Numbered from the whole stretch's first letter, positions 1-9,734 are shown. The stretch is 63,788 nt of DNA, filler included, from Candidatus Rokuibacteriota bacterium (GCA_031406795.1; 5 parts of 5 records of this genome joined end to end with filler, not necessarily neighbours in it); one strand, 5' to 3'. The notes: generated from the sequence alone by a model not told the origin. Program-made: numbers and translations.

Positions 1-204
1 GAAGGTGTCGACGAAGCCCTTCACCTCGAAGTGGAAGCTCGCCGGGCCGGTCGTGCCGAGGTTGACCTCCATCCGGTCCCCCTCCTTCTTGACGGTGAAC
101 GTTTCCTCGCTGCTGCTGCAGCCGGAAAAGACCGCCAGGCCTCCCGCAAGAACCAGAGCGCTCAGCGAGATGCCGGCAAAAACACCACTATTCGATCGTG
201 CCAT
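1..204 (-). CDS. Lipoprotein, N-terminal part (runs off window start); probable member of the paralogous lipoprotein family
   Basis: Own translation: MARSNSGVFAGISLSALVLAGGLAVFSGCSSSEETFTVKKEGDRMEVNLGTTGPASFHFEVKGFVD. GAGGGG RBS, signal peptide with FSGC lipobox. Not in the ORF track. Confidence 0.75.
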   Translation of the reverse strand, partial: MARSNSGVFAGISLSALVLAGGLAVFSGCSSSEETFTVKKEGDRMEVNLGTTGPASFHFEVKGFVDTF

Positions 205-272
205 TCATTTCCCCCTCATGTTCGTTGTGCCGTCAATGGTGAAAGCCTTTTTCGGCGTCCGACAACCGACCC

Positions 273-806
273 CTATGGCCAGTTGATGTTCGTGTAGGCT
301 GCGCCGTCCCAACCGTTGCGGGCGGTGGGGGGGTAACCGACCCCGATCGTGAAGTTGCTCGGGATGGCGCCGTTCTTCACCGCGACCGCCCCGCCGACCC
401 TGGCGGTGATGGAGGAGGCGGTCCATTCGATGGTGACAGCAACGCTGTCGCCGGCGTTCCACTCGTAGCCATACCTCTCGAACTCGTCACCCATCAGGTC
501 CCCATTCACGTCGAAGACCTTCAGCTTGTAGTTGCGCAGATCGCCCTGGAAGCCGCCGGTGGTGCGGCCGCCGCCGAAACCCCTGCTGTCGTAGAAATAG
601 ACGATCGGCTGGCTGTCCTTGTCAGGGTCCATGTCGATGCCTTTGACGGTGAAGGACAACTTCCCCGGCTTGGTGACTTCAACCCGCAGATTGGCTCCCG
701 GGGACACCGTGAGGGAGTTGCTGGCGTCCGAACCGGTGCTGTCGCTGCACGCCGCAAGGAAAAGCAGCGCGCTGCCGAGGAACAGATGAGCGGCCTGTCT
801 CATCAT
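273..806 (-). CDS. Uncharacterised lipoprotein, beta-rich (possibly lectin/ConA-like); paralogue of 6274-6942
   Basis: LAAC lipobox; aligns by eye with 6274-6942 (PGKLSFTVKGI, FYDS.G, GGFQGDLRNYKLK, GVGYPP...GWD.A.YTNI.WP). Confidence 0.8.
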   Translation of the reverse strand: MMRQAAHLFLGSALLFLAACSDSTGSDASNSLTVSPGANLRVEVTKPGKLSFTVKGIDMDPDKDSQPIVYFYDSRGFGGGRTTGGFQGDLRNYKLKVFDVNGDLMGDEFERYGYEWNAGDSVAVTIEWTASSITARVGGAVAVKNGAIPSNFTIGVGYPPTARNGWDGAAYTNINWP

Positions 807-894
807 CTTGTCACCGGGCATTCTTCCTGCAATCGTGAATCCGCATTCTCAAAGTGCTTCCTCCTCTGGGTTGTAAACTGGGGGAATGGTTCGA

Positions 895-1410
895 CTAGCA
901 GGTAGTTTCTTTCGTCTTCTCGGCGTGCTGGTCGAGATTTCGTGTGTCGAAGAAGATGATTTCGGCTTTGGAGATGCGCTGCTCGCGACGGAGGGATCTG
1001 AGCCTGCAACGCAGTTCATCAAGCAACGGACGCTCCTCGTGGTGGAGAGAGGGGGAGTTTTCCAGCAAGTCCAGAATCGCGATCTCGAGCGAGTCGACAG
1101 CCGTGCCTGAAGGAATGATCAACAGGTTGCGTCCCGGCGCCGTTTCCACCAAACGGAGCCATTCGATTCGGCGCAGGCTCGCGCACGGGCCGACGATGAT
1201 GACGGCGACTCCCGGCGAAACCTCCACCAGGTCCACCTGCTTCGGACCGGCCGGATTGCGACCCACGACGGCCTCCGTCACCTTGACGATGGCCTGAGCC
1301 CTGTCGTCGCCCATGGCGTCCAATTGCCGCAGGATGCGATCCGGCAGGGTGACGGTGATCGGTCGCCGCGGTTCATTGAACTTCGGTGGACGGCCGCTTG
1401 TATGACTCAT
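895..1410 (-). CDS. Hypothetical protein with N-terminal ribbon-helix-helix-like DNA-binding segment
   Basis: N-terminus GRPPKFNEPRRPITVTLPDRILRQLD resembles RHH/CopG strand-helix; GAGGTG RBS before ATG at 1410; AT-rich upstream region. Confidence 0.6.
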   Translation of the reverse strand: MSHTSGRPPKFNEPRRPITVTLPDRILRQLDAMGDDRAQAIVKVTEAVVGRNPAGPKQVDLVEVSPGVAVIIVGPCASLRRIEWLRLVETAPGRNLLIIPSGTAVDSLEIAILDLLENSPSLHHEERPLLDELRCRLRSLRREQRISKAEIIFFDTRNLDQHAEKTKETTC

Positions 1411-1552
1411 TTTCACCTCTGTACGTATTGGTATCAACGTTATTATTGGCGATGATACTATATTTAACGTAGAAATGCCAGAAGAATCACTCGTCGGCAT
1501 GAAATAGCGACAGTTACCCCGACACCCCGGAAAGTAGGAAGAGAAAACACCC

Positions 1553-3853
1553 CTACAAGCGGAAGCCGGCCGTTTCCAGGAGTTCCCGCGAGAACGGCGT
1601 CCAGGCGACGCCCGGGTTCAGCAGGCTGCCGCGATCCGCTTCGAAGCGCACGGCAACGACGACCCGCCCGCGCCCGCGGCAGAGGAACGTGGTGGTGACG
1701 TCGAAGGCGCCATCCGGACCCGCCACCAGCGGTGCTTCGAAGAGCGTGTCCGTGCCCTCGCGCACGGCCCAATGAGCCCTCGCGCCGCCCGCCAGGCGAC
1801 CTTTCAGACGACAGGCGCGCCAGCCGGCGCCGGCGTCGAACGGCGGCATCAGGGTCGCCCAGCGATAGCCCCGGCCCGCCCAATCGTTGCTTTCGGCCGG
1901 CGCCGCGCTCTGGTCGATGGCGGCGGGCAATTTGTCCCGGTTGAAGCGGTTGCTCACCTGGAAAAGGTCCAGTCCTGACGAGTCGCCCAAGGTCCGAATC
2001 CGGGCCTGTTCGAGTCGCGAGCCGAGTTCGGCGAGCCGGCGAGCGTTGATTTCTACCTGAAACTTCAGAAATCTCCCGCTGTAGGCGACATCGCTCGTGG
2101 TCACGGCATACAGGATCATCGCCGCCGTCACCCCGAGCATCAGCTTCCGCCGGCCGGCGTCGAGGAAGGGCAACAGCCCGGTGCCGCCGAGCAGTACGAC
2201 AGCGAAGGGCTGCAGCGCGCTGTAGTCGCCCGGGGCGAGATATTCCATCAAACCGTTTTGATGATCGAATATCAGGCTCAGGTCGCCCAGTTCCGGCAGC
2301 CCGAGGAGCACCAGCGCGAACTGAAAACAGGGGATCAAGCCAAGAAAGATCACCCACCACCGTGCGACGGGTTGCGCCGTCCCGAGAACACGCGCCAGGC
2401 AGGGGACAAATAACGGCGCGACCACCACCAGATAGCGTCCGGGATAACTCGCCCCGCCAAACCAGAACGGTGTGGCGGAAGACGTGGCGATCGCGACGCC
2501 GGTCAGCAGCAGGATCGTGACCGCGCCCCGACGGTTGGGGGGATCGCGGAACAGGATCCAGACCGCCGCTCCGAGCATTCCCGCGAAGAGCGGCAGAACC
2601 GACAGCAACCCGAGACGGTGCGCCAGGGCGTACCACCAGCCGAGCGGATACGCGACGAGGAGGCCGGCGGGCAGGGGCAACCCGCCGACGAACATGCTTA
2701 CCTGCACGGCGACGAAGACGGCCATCGCCGCGCCGTAGGCAACCGTCACGACACCGAGCCGGAACAGGGCGGGCCGCCAGGGGTCCCGCTGCAGCAGACC
2801 GAACAGAACAAACAGGCCGACGAGCGCCATGCTGACCGGGATGAATCGTGTGTGCAACCACGGCAGATAGGCGCAGCAGGCCACACAGATCCAGCTTGAC
2901 CCCCCGGGAAGGCTTCTCTGCCGCAGAATCGCGACCAGCCCCCAGGTCGTCAGCGCCGCGCCGCCGACTTCGGGCAGGGTGAGCGACGAGTAATACCCCC
3001 AATACCGGCTCAAGGCGAACAGGAGCAGCGCCGTCAAGGACCAGTGCGTCTTCGCGCCGAAAAGTCGGCACAGCACCCAGAGTCCGGCGCAGCACAATCC
3101 GGCAAACATTCCGAGGATGAGATGCCGCGCCGGAGCGCCGCCCGGGACGAATGGCGCCAGCAGCAGCGGCAATCCGGATGAATGCCAGGAATACAGGTGG
3201 CCATCTTGCGAAAATTGACTGATGTGCCAGAACTTGGGCCTCTTTTCGGCCCTGACCCCGAAGTTGTTGCGAAGATCGAGGTCGTGATCCCGGTAGAGGC
3301 TCTCCGCCTGCGCAATATAGTGTCCCGTGTCTCCCGGGGGTTTGACCATGGAGATCGTGAAATACCAGCCGATCAATGCATAGAACAGCCAGAAGCCGAG
3401 CCCGATCGCCCAGACGCCTCGCGCAGGAGACGCAGCACCGCTCCCGCTCGAATCGACCTTCTGCACCCACCGGAAAAGCGAGATGGACGTCAGCAGGACC
3501 GGCAGGAAGAAGAGCAGGTTTGCGGCAGCCGCCTGAGGAATCAACGGTCTCAGCAGAAAACCGGCGAGCGAGAGCGGCAGCAACGTGAGCGGCGCCAGCA
3601 GCGCATCGGCAGTCCCGGGACGGGCGCGGTTTCTCAGGCTGCGCCAGGCGAACCAGCCGGACAGTGCCCAGAGGAGAGATCCGGCAACGGCGAGCACCTG
3701 CGACCGCGCCGTCCAGAGGACGACGTCGCGGCCGACGGGGAGCAGCAGGCTGATCCCCAACAGGTCAGGGATGAACCAGGCCGCGATCATCAGCCCCAGG
3801 GCGACCAGGACGCTGGCGGCGAGCGCCGGGGAGCAGCCCAGCCGCGCGTTCAG
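1553..3853 (-). CDS. Multi-pass membrane glycosyltransferase, GT-C (ArnT/PMT-like) superfamily
   Basis: Many TM helices; first-loop motif PPGDTGHYIAQAESLYRDHDLDLRNN. Start either ATG 3790 or in-frame CTG 3853 overlapping the upstream TGA. Confidence 0.7.
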   Translation of the reverse strand: MNARLGCSPALAASVLVALGLMIAAWFIPDLLGISLLLPVGRDVVLWTARSQVLAVAGSLLWALSGWFAWRSLRNRARPGTADALLAPLTLLPLSLAGFLLRPLIPQAAAANLLFFLPVLLTSISLFRWVQKVDSSGSGAASPARGVWAIGLGFWLFYALIGWYFTISMVKPPGDTGHYIAQAESLYRDHDLDLRNNFGVRAEKRPKFWHISQFSQDGHLYSWHSSGLPLLLAPFVPGGAPARHLILGMFAGLCCAGLWVLCRLFGAKTHWSLTALLLFALSRYWGYYSSLTLPEVGGAALTTWGLVAILRQRSLPGGSSWICVACCAYLPWLHTRFIPVSMALVGLFVLFGLLQRDPWRPALFRLGVVTVAYGAAMAVFVAVQVSMFVGGLPLPAGLLVAYPLGWWYALAHRLGLLSVLPLFAGMLGAAVWILFRDPPNRRGAVTILLLTGVAIATSSATPFWFGGASYPGRYLVVVAPLFVPCLARVLGTAQPVARWWVIFLGLIPCFQFALVLLGLPELGDLSLIFDHQNGLMEYLAPGDYSALQPFAVVLLGGTGLLPFLDAGRRKLMLGVTAAMILYAVTTSDVAYSGRFLKFQVEINARRLAELGSRLEQARIRTLGDSSGLDLFQVSNRFNRDKLPAAIDQSAAPAESNDWAGRGYRWATLMPPFDAGAGWRACRLKGRLAGGARAHWAVREGTDTLFEAPLVAGPDGAFDVTTTFLCRGRGRVVVAVRFEADRGSLLNPGVAWTPFSRELLETAGFRL

Positions 3854-4539
3854 AGGCCCCGGCCTTCCTTCCTGGCCGCGATGAAGAAGTTGGTTCGCAT
3901 TGGCAGCGGCAGGGCGTCGGGATTGATCACCCGGATGAGCAGCAAGCCGATCTTTCCGAGATACGCCTCGACCTTGAAGCGGAAGAAATCATTGACGAGG
4001 GGTATGTCGTAGAACTGCACACTGAAACCGTGCTTCTCGCACCGCCTTCGCAGCTCCCAGAAGTTGTGCAGCGAGCAGTGCTGGACCTTCCAGGCGGTGA
4101 AACTCTTCCAGCGGAAGGTCTCGAAGACCGCGTTGGTCCATTTGTTCGGGGTCTGCATGAGGTACACCCCCCCGGGCTTCAGGACCCTGTGTACTTCGCG
4201 CAGATGCCCGTCGGTGTCGGGAAGATGCTCGAACACGTCGAAGCTCATGACGACATCCAGCGACTCGTCCTCGGCCGGCAGTCTCTCGGAGTCGACCGCG
4301 CTCACGGGCAGCTCGCCGAAGAGTTCCCGGCTGGCGGCGATGTAATCCCGATTGAGTTCGACGCCGCGGATGTCGCAGCCCTGCCGGAAGAAATGGTTCA
4401 GGAGCCGTCCCTTGCCGCAGCCGATCTCGAGGATTTTCGCCCGGCGTGAAAGTACGCCGGTCTTCTCGACGAACTGGACGTTGGAGTCGAACGGGCCGAA
4501 ATCATCCCGTTGGCGGAATTCCTCGATTTTCGCGCTCAA
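3850..4539 (-). CDS. Class I SAM-dependent methyltransferase
   Basis: ILEIGCGKG motif I, DVVMSFDVFEHL, RVLKPGG. Confidence 0.9.
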   Translation of the reverse strand: MSAKIEEFRQRDDFGPFDSNVQFVEKTGVLSRRAKILEIGCGKGRLLNHFFRQGCDIRGVELNRDYIAASRELFGELPVSAVDSERLPAEDESLDVVMSFDVFEHLPDTDGHLREVHRVLKPGGVYLMQTPNKWTNAVFETFRWKSFTAWKVQHCSLHNFWELRRRCEKHGFSVQFYDIPLVNDFFRFKVEAYLGKIGLLLIRVINPDALPLPMRTNFFIAARKEGRGL

Positions 4540-4589
4540 ATGCGGCGATTCTTGTCGTTTTCAGGCACGATGTCAAACAGAATGACGCG

Positions 4590-4622
4590 CGAACGCCGAA
4601 CCGGATTCCGGTTCGGCGTTCG
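4590..4622. terminator. Perfect 15-bp hairpin (terminator or mRNA stabiliser)
   Basis: CGAACGCCGAACCGG-ATT-CCGGTTCGGCGTTCG, 23 nt past the stop of the 4646 CDS; no clear U-tract on the minus strand. Confidence 0.5.
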
Positions 4623-4645
4623 GCGAGAAAGAAAACCGTTAATAC

Positions 4646-5020
4646 CTACAGCTTCTTGAAGCTCCAGTTGCGGAACTCCATGCCGATGACGCCATCGTGC
4701 TCAGCCGGCGGCCAACCGAGGCCGGCGACGAGGTTCCTGCGGGCGGGGTCGAGCTGTCCGGAGTGCCTGACCACGCCGTCGACACTCAGGGTGATGGTCG
4801 AACCGTCCCACTGGACATCGAACGTGTACCACTTCGTGGAGCTCCAGGGCGCGTCCTGGCTCATGTAGCACGCCTCGAGAGGCCAGCCGCCGGGATTGTC
4901 GCTGCGGCCCTTCACCTTGCCGAAATTGCAGTAGTAGTTGTTGTAGGCGTACTGGTAGGGGATGTAGAGGAAGCCTTCGCCCGCTTCCTTGTAATAGAAG
5001 TTGTCGCCGTTGTAGATCCA
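4646..5020 (-). CDS. C-terminal part of a secreted beta-sandwich protein, distant member of the lipoprotein family (truncated by contig end)
   Basis: Frame open to the gap; ...WYTFDVQWDGSTITLSVDG...LVAGLGWPPAEHDGVIGMEFRNWSF parallels the C-termini of 273-806 and 6274-6942. Confidence 0.65.
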   Translation of the reverse strand, partial: WIYNGDNFYYKEAGEGFLYIPYQYAYNNYYCNFGKVKGRSDNPGGWPLEACYMSQDAPWSSTKWYTFDVQWDGSTITLSVDGVVRHSGQLDPARRNLVAGLGWPPAEHDGVIGMEFRNWSFKKL

Positions 5021-5021
5021 G

Positions 5022-5121
5022 NNNNNNNNNNNNNNNNNNNNNNNNNNNNNNNNNNNNNNNNNNNNTTAATTAATTAANNNNNNNNNNNNNNNNNNNNNNN
5101 NNNNNNNNNNNNNNNNNNNNN
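5022..5121. other. Artificial contig linker
   Basis: N-run + TTAATTAATTAA (stops in six frames) + N-run, 100 bp. Confidence 0.98.
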
Positions 5122-5438
5122 CGCTGTCGCGGCGCGCGCCAGGAGCGCGCGATCAACTCGTCCAGACGCTCGAGCGCGTCGCGCCGATTGCCCTCCTGCG
5201 TGCGGTGCCGCTGCGCCTCGATGACGAGCACCCCCTCGGTGGTCAGCCGGCTGCCGGCGAGAACGACGAGGCGGCTCTTGACGCCCTCGGGGAGCAGGCG
5301 CGAACCCCGCAGGTTGAAACGCAGACGCACGGCCGTCGAGACCTTGTTGACGTTCTGTCCGCCGGGCCCGGAGGAGCGGAAGAAATCGAAGGAGAGTTCG
5401 CCCGCCCGCAGCAGATCGTCGTGTTCGGGGATGCCCAT
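5122..5438 (-). CDS. arfB: Alternative ribosome-rescue peptidyl-tRNA hydrolase ArfB (C-terminus cut by gap)
   Basis: RSSGPGGQNVNKVSTAVRLRF (GGQ motif), AQRHRTQEGNRRDALERL. Confidence 0.93.
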
Positions 5439-5511
5439 CCGCTGGTTGCCGCTGCTTGCCGGGTGGTCGCCGCGTTGCTGTCGAAGAATCGGGCTCGGGC
5501 CGCGCGCGCGA

Positions 5512-6216
5512 TCAGTACTGGCTCATCAACGGCCGGCGCCAGGTCGAGGCCATCAGCGCATACCCCGCGGCGTTCGGGTGCAGGCCGTCCGCGTCGAGCA
5601 GGGTGTAAGGCGAGTCGATGTATCCGGGGTCGTTGACGAAGGCCTTGTAGTGGTCGGCGCACTCGATCCCCTCCTCGTCGCAGAGGGCGAGGATCCGGGC
5701 GTTCAGCGCCACGATGAACGGTTCCCACCCGGCGTGGTCGCCGACGGCCGGAACGAGGGTGCCGAGGATCGGGATGGTCTTGTTTGCGCGGGCGACGGAG
5801 ATCATGGCCCGCAGGTTGAGGATGGTCTCACTCGGCCCGGCGACGATGTCGTTCGGGCTGTAGTCGATGAGGATCACGCTTGGCCGCCAGCGCAGCAGCA
5901 CGCTGGAAATCTTCGCCAGGCCGCCGCTCGATTGTTCGCCGCATTCGCCCTCGTTGATCACGATCTTGCCGGTGAGCGCCGCCAGACGCGGGCAGAACCC
6001 CACGACCGTCCGAAGTTCATGCTCGCAGGACTCGATGCCCATGTCGTGCTTGCCGAAGGTGATGCTGTCGCCGATCGCGACGACGAGCGACGGGTCGTTG
6101 TCGCCGAAGTCGGTACCCGAGTCACCCTTCGAGCAGCCGGTTCCGAAGGCGAACAGCACGGTGAGCACCAGCCCGCTGGTGCTGGCGAGAAGCCCACGGC
6201 GTCTTTTCGGGAACAT
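5512..6216 (-). CDS. SGNH/GDSL hydrolase lipoprotein
   Basis: GTGC lipobox, AIGDSIT block I, DGLHPNAAGY block V. Confidence 0.9.
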   Translation of the reverse strand: MFPKRRRGLLASTSGLVLTVLFAFGTGCSKGDSGTDFGDNDPSLVVAIGDSITFGKHDMGIESCEHELRTVVGFCPRLAALTGKIVINEGECGEQSSGGLAKISSVLLRWRPSVILIDYSPNDIVAGPSETILNLRAMISVARANKTIPILGTLVPAVGDHAGWEPFIVALNARILALCDEEGIECADHYKAFVNDPGYIDSPYTLLDADGLHPNAAGYALMASTWRRPLMSQY

Positions 6217-6273
6217 GGGGCCGCACTATAATTTAAGCGCGACCCGCTTGACAAGCCCCCCCGTACCGCATGC

Positions 6274-6942
6274 CTACTTGATTCTGGTCGAACCCGCCGG
6301 CCAGACGATGTTGGTATAGACGGCCTTGTCCCAGCCCGCCCGGATGGCCGGGGGGTACCCGATGCCGACGATGAACGTGCCGGACACCGATCCGGCCTTG
6401 CGGAAGGGAATCCCGTCGATCGTGCTCATGACGAAATCGGGACCCCACTCGAGGCTCACGTTGCGGGCGATGGCAGGGTCCCAGCGGGGGGTGTTCCCCT
6501 TCGGCTCGACGTAGTAGCTCTCGGAGGCGATCACGCCCTTCGAGTCGTAGAACTTGAGCTTGAAATTCCGCAGGTCGCCGTTGAAGCCGCCGCTGCCGCC
6601 CTTGCCGCCGGTGTAGCCGTTGCTGTCATAGAAGAAGATGATCGGCCAGGCGTCCTGGTCCAGAGCCATGTTGATGCCGACGACGGTGAAGGAGATCTTC
6701 CCCGGGCCAGTGACTTCAGCCGCCTGATAGGCTCCGGGGGTGACGGTGAAGGAATTCGCCGTCCCCTGGGTGGGGGGTTGACCTTCGGGTGGGGGGGGGG
6801 CTTGCGGGGCCTTGTCGCCGCCGGTGGTCAGGGGTGTAGTGGTGATCTCTCCGCAAGCCGCGAAGGAACCCAGCAAGACGGCGGCCACGATCGACACTGC
6901 AAGCTTCGCAAAGGATCTCCGTGCCGGTGTCCTCAGGTTCAC
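6274..6942 (-). CDS. Uncharacterised lipoprotein with Pro-rich linker; paralogue of 273-806
   Basis: AGGAGG RBS, FAAC lipobox, PQAPPPPEGQPP linker, domain similar to 273-806. Confidence 0.8.
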   Translation of the reverse strand: MNLRTPARRSFAKLAVSIVAAVLLGSFAACGEITTTPLTTGGDKAPQAPPPPEGQPPTQGTANSFTVTPGAYQAAEVTGPGKISFTVVGINMALDQDAWPIIFFYDSNGYTGGKGGSGGFNGDLRNFKLKFYDSKGVIASESYYVEPKGNTPRWDPAIARNVSLEWGPDFVMSTIDGIPFRKAGSVSGTFIVGIGYPPAIRAGWDKAVYTNIVWPAGSTRIK

Positions 6943-7049
6943 CTCAGCCCTCCTTGTGAGAATTTTTCAATCACCATAGCTGGTTTGCCACAATCTATCA
7001 AGTAAACTAGTAAGGCAGGCTGTTCAGTGACCTAGATCACAAAGAGAAT

Positions 7050-7904
7050 TCAATGATCGGTCTGCTGCAGCTTCTCCGTTTTCCTGGCCAGGAGCACCAC
7101 GACGTAGCCGTGCGTGAAGAAGAGCAGGGTGTCGAGACGGGACGCGAGCCAGAAGAACGGGTAGATCAGGTTGTAGAGCCGCAGTTTGCGTTCGAGCGAG
7201 CGGACCTCCTCGGCCGATCCCGGCGTGATGGCGCCGTCGCGGGTGGCGTCCCGGCCGCGGGACTTCGTCCGGACGTAGAAAACGTTGAGCAGCAATTCGA
7301 GGAACTCGGTGAAAAAGCGCGAGTAGGTGGCGCGCAGCGTCACGCGACACCCCCGGCGCTCGAGCCGCCCGGCCAAATCCTCGAGCGTGTAGCCCTCGCG
7401 GACGTGCCCGTAGTCCTCCATGGTCATGCCGGCGAGGCGCCGCAGCCGGTTGGCGAGGAATAACCGGCCCGTGGCGGGGGCGGAGAGCAGAAAGGTGCCC
7501 CCGGGTTTCAAGGTCCGGCTCAACTCATCGAGGCACCGCTCGTCCTCGGTGACGTGTTCGAGGAAATCGAGGACGCTCACGAAGTCGAAGCTGCCGTCGG
7601 CGAAGGGCAACATGCGGTAGTCGACCCGGACCACGCTCGATCCGACGAGATCCCGGGTTGCGAGCAGGTTCGCGTCGTCCAGATCGGCGCTCACCCAGGC
7701 TCCGCCGCGCGTTCTGAGCAGCCAGCTGAAGGTCCCCTTGGCGCAGCCGAGGTCGAGGCAGCGCGCGGACGGCGGCAGCGCCGGGGGCAGGATCCGCTCG
7801 AGGAGCCGCCACTTGAGCTTCTTCTTCAGGGATCTGTTGAAGATCCTGATCTGCCAGGGGACTTCGTCCCCCTGGTCGGGACGGCCGGGCTCAGCTGCCG
7901 CCAT
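7050..7904 (-). CDS. Class I SAM-dependent methyltransferase
   Basis: CLDLGCAKG, LPFADGSFD, LEHV, TLKPGG; ATG at 7904 overlaps the upstream gene end. Confidence 0.88.
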   Translation of the reverse strand: MAAAEPGRPDQGDEVPWQIRIFNRSLKKKLKWRLLERILPPALPPSARCLDLGCAKGTFSWLLRTRGGAWVSADLDDANLLATRDLVGSSVVRVDYRMLPFADGSFDFVSVLDFLEHVTEDERCLDELSRTLKPGGTFLLSAPATGRLFLANRLRRLAGMTMEDYGHVREGYTLEDLAGRLERRGCRVTLRATYSRFFTEFLELLLNVFYVRTKSRGRDATRDGAITPGSAEEVRSLERKLRLYNLIYPFFWLASRLDTLLFFTHGYVVVLLARKTEKLQQTDH

Positions 7905-8709
7905 CGCGCGGGCCCCCCACCGGCGGCGCGGGTGGGGAAGGGGGCGTCTTGCCGCGGAAGCGGATGACCTTTGCCGGGATGCCGACGGCGATGGCATTGT
8001 CGGGCAGCGGATCGCGGACCACCGCCCCGGCGCCGACCACCGCCCCCCTGCCGATCGACACCCCGTCGAGGACCGTCACCTTCGCCGCGAGCCAGGAGCC
8101 CTCGCCGATGCTCACGCCGCCCTTGTGGTAGGAGGGTTGTTCGAGCACGGGCAGGTCGATCCGGTCGAACTCGTGGTTGCCGCCGGCCAGCAGGTAGCAG
8201 TAGGCCGCGATCGTGACGTCCGGGGAGATTTCGACGCGGCTCTCGGAGTGCACGAGACAGTTGATGCCGATCTTGCTGCCGCGCCCGAGGACGATGTCGC
8301 CCCCCTTGCAGGAGAGAATGCTGTTGCGGCTGATCATCGAGCCGTCGCCGAGCGTGATCCCGGCGTTTCCGTCGCCCTTGGCGTCGAGTACGACGTTGTC
8401 GTCGATGATGACGTTGTCGCCGATGAAAATCTTGTGCGGGTGGCGCAGCACGACGTTGCGCCCGAAGACGGTGCCGCGGCCGAGGGCCCCGAGCAGCGGC
8501 CGGAAGCACAGCGTGCGCAGCGCGAAGCCGGCGGCGCCGGGCATGCCGCTCGCGAGCAGCAGCGTGTCGTACAGAAAGAGGCGCCAGAGGCTGCGCGAGC
8601 CGACGAACAGGTCCTGGTACTTGGCCAGGGGCGACGCGCCGCTCGCCTGGAGGCTGCGCTGCAACTCGGCGGTGCTGACCGGCCGGTCGTCGTGCCCGGG
8701 ACCCGGCAT
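7891..8709 (-). CDS. Hexapeptide-repeat (LbH) acyltransferase
   Basis: IFIGDNVIIDDNVVLD, IGEGSWLAAKVTVLDGVSIGRGAVVGAGAVV, AVGIPAKVI; TGATG overlap with the radical SAM gene. Confidence 0.9.
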   Translation of the reverse strand: MPGPGHDDRPVSTAELQRSLQASGASPLAKYQDLFVGSRSLWRLFLYDTLLLASGMPGAAGFALRTLCFRPLLGALGRGTVFGRNVVLRHPHKIFIGDNVIIDDNVVLDAKGDGNAGITLGDGSMISRNSILSCKGGDIVLGRGSKIGINCLVHSESRVEISPDVTIAAYCYLLAGGNHEFDRIDLPVLEQPSYHKGGVSIGEGSWLAAKVTVLDGVSIGRGAVVGAGAVVRDPLPDNAIAVGIPAKVIRFRGKTPPSPPAPPVGGPRDGGS

Positions 8710-9734
8710 CAGCGCTTCTCCACGACCAGACCGCGCGCCTTGCGCGCGTAGCCGACGATGGTTTCGCCGAGGAAGCGCTTGAGGTTCGGGGTCGGGACGC
8801 CGAGGAGCGTGGGGCGGTGGACGGAATCGCAGCCGGCGCAGGCCGTATATCCCGAGATGTTCCGGGCGAGCATGTCGGCGCGCAGCCGCTGCAGCGGCTC
8901 GCCGTTCCAGATCTCGCGCAGGCCGGCGGTCCGGACATCCCCCACCGGGTAGGCGCCGTAGAAGTCCTGGGGGCAGGTGACCACGGTTCCGTCCCAGAGC
9001 ACCACGAGGGCGAACCAGGGGAACGTGCAGGGCACGAAATGGCGCGGGTCGGCGCCCGCGCCCTCCGAAACGGTCCCGGCCCAGTTGTGCGGCTGCTTGA
9101 TCCGCACCTCGTCCAGAGGCAGCCCGGCGAAGCGCCGCACGAAGCGCTCCTGCGCGCCGCGGTCGACATCGGCCCGGCCCGCGAAGTCGATGACCTCGAT
9201 CACGGTGTAGGGCGTGCGGCTGCCGCGAGCCTGCTTCTCCCGCAGAAAGCCCTCGATGTTGGCGACGGTCTGCTCGAAGGAGGCGCGGACCCTGATCTTT
9301 TCGTAGGTCTCCTTCTCGAACCCGTCGAATGAGAACGAGAGATAGTCGAGGCCCGACGCGAGGATCTCCCGCGCCTTCTCGGCGTCCAGCAGCGTGGCGT
9401 TGGTGTGCAGCATCGTGCGGATGCCCCGCTCGCGGGCGTAGCTGATCATCCGCGGGAGCTCCGGGTGCAGGATGGCCTCGCCGCGGTGGTGGAGATTGGC
9501 GTCGTAGGCGAAGGCCGCGGCTTCGTCGACGATCTTCGTGTAGAGCGAAAAATCCATGAAACCGCGCTTGGGCGCCTCCGGCAGGCTCGTCGGGCACATC
9601 ACGCAACGCAGGTTGCAGGCGTTGGTGGACTCGATCCAGAGGCGCAGCGGCGGGTGGGGCAGACAGGTGCGCCGCGTGACGCGGTAGTTCCAGAAGATCC
9701 TGCCGAGATGCAGGAAACGGCTGCTTTTACCCAC
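8709..9734 (-). CDS. Radical SAM/SPASM-domain protein
   Basis: CNLRCVMC motif; C-terminal CTFPW...DGTVVTC..D...CAGC. Confidence 0.92.
   Translation of the reverse strand: MGKSSRFLHLGRIFWNYRVTRRTCLPHPPLRLWIESTNACNLRCVMCPTSLPEAPKRGFMDFSLYTKIVDEAAAFAYDANLHHRGEAILHPELPRMISYARERGIRTMLHTNATLLDAEKAREILASGLDYLSFSFDGFEKETYEKIRVRASFEQTVANIEGFLREKQARGSRTPYTVIEVIDFAGRADVDRGAQERFVRRFAGLPLDEVRIKQPHNWAGTVSEGAGADPRHFVPCTFPWFALVVLWDGTVVTCPQDFYGAYPVGDVRTAGLREIWNGEPLQRLRADMLARNISGYTACAGCDSVHRPTLLGVPTPNLKRFLGETIVGYARKARGLVVEKR

Noticed and set aside
1464-3470. 668-aa Arg/Gly-rich ORF (and similar ones at 20625-22343 and 30490-32244)
   Set aside because: Alternate-frame or antisense shadows of real genes.
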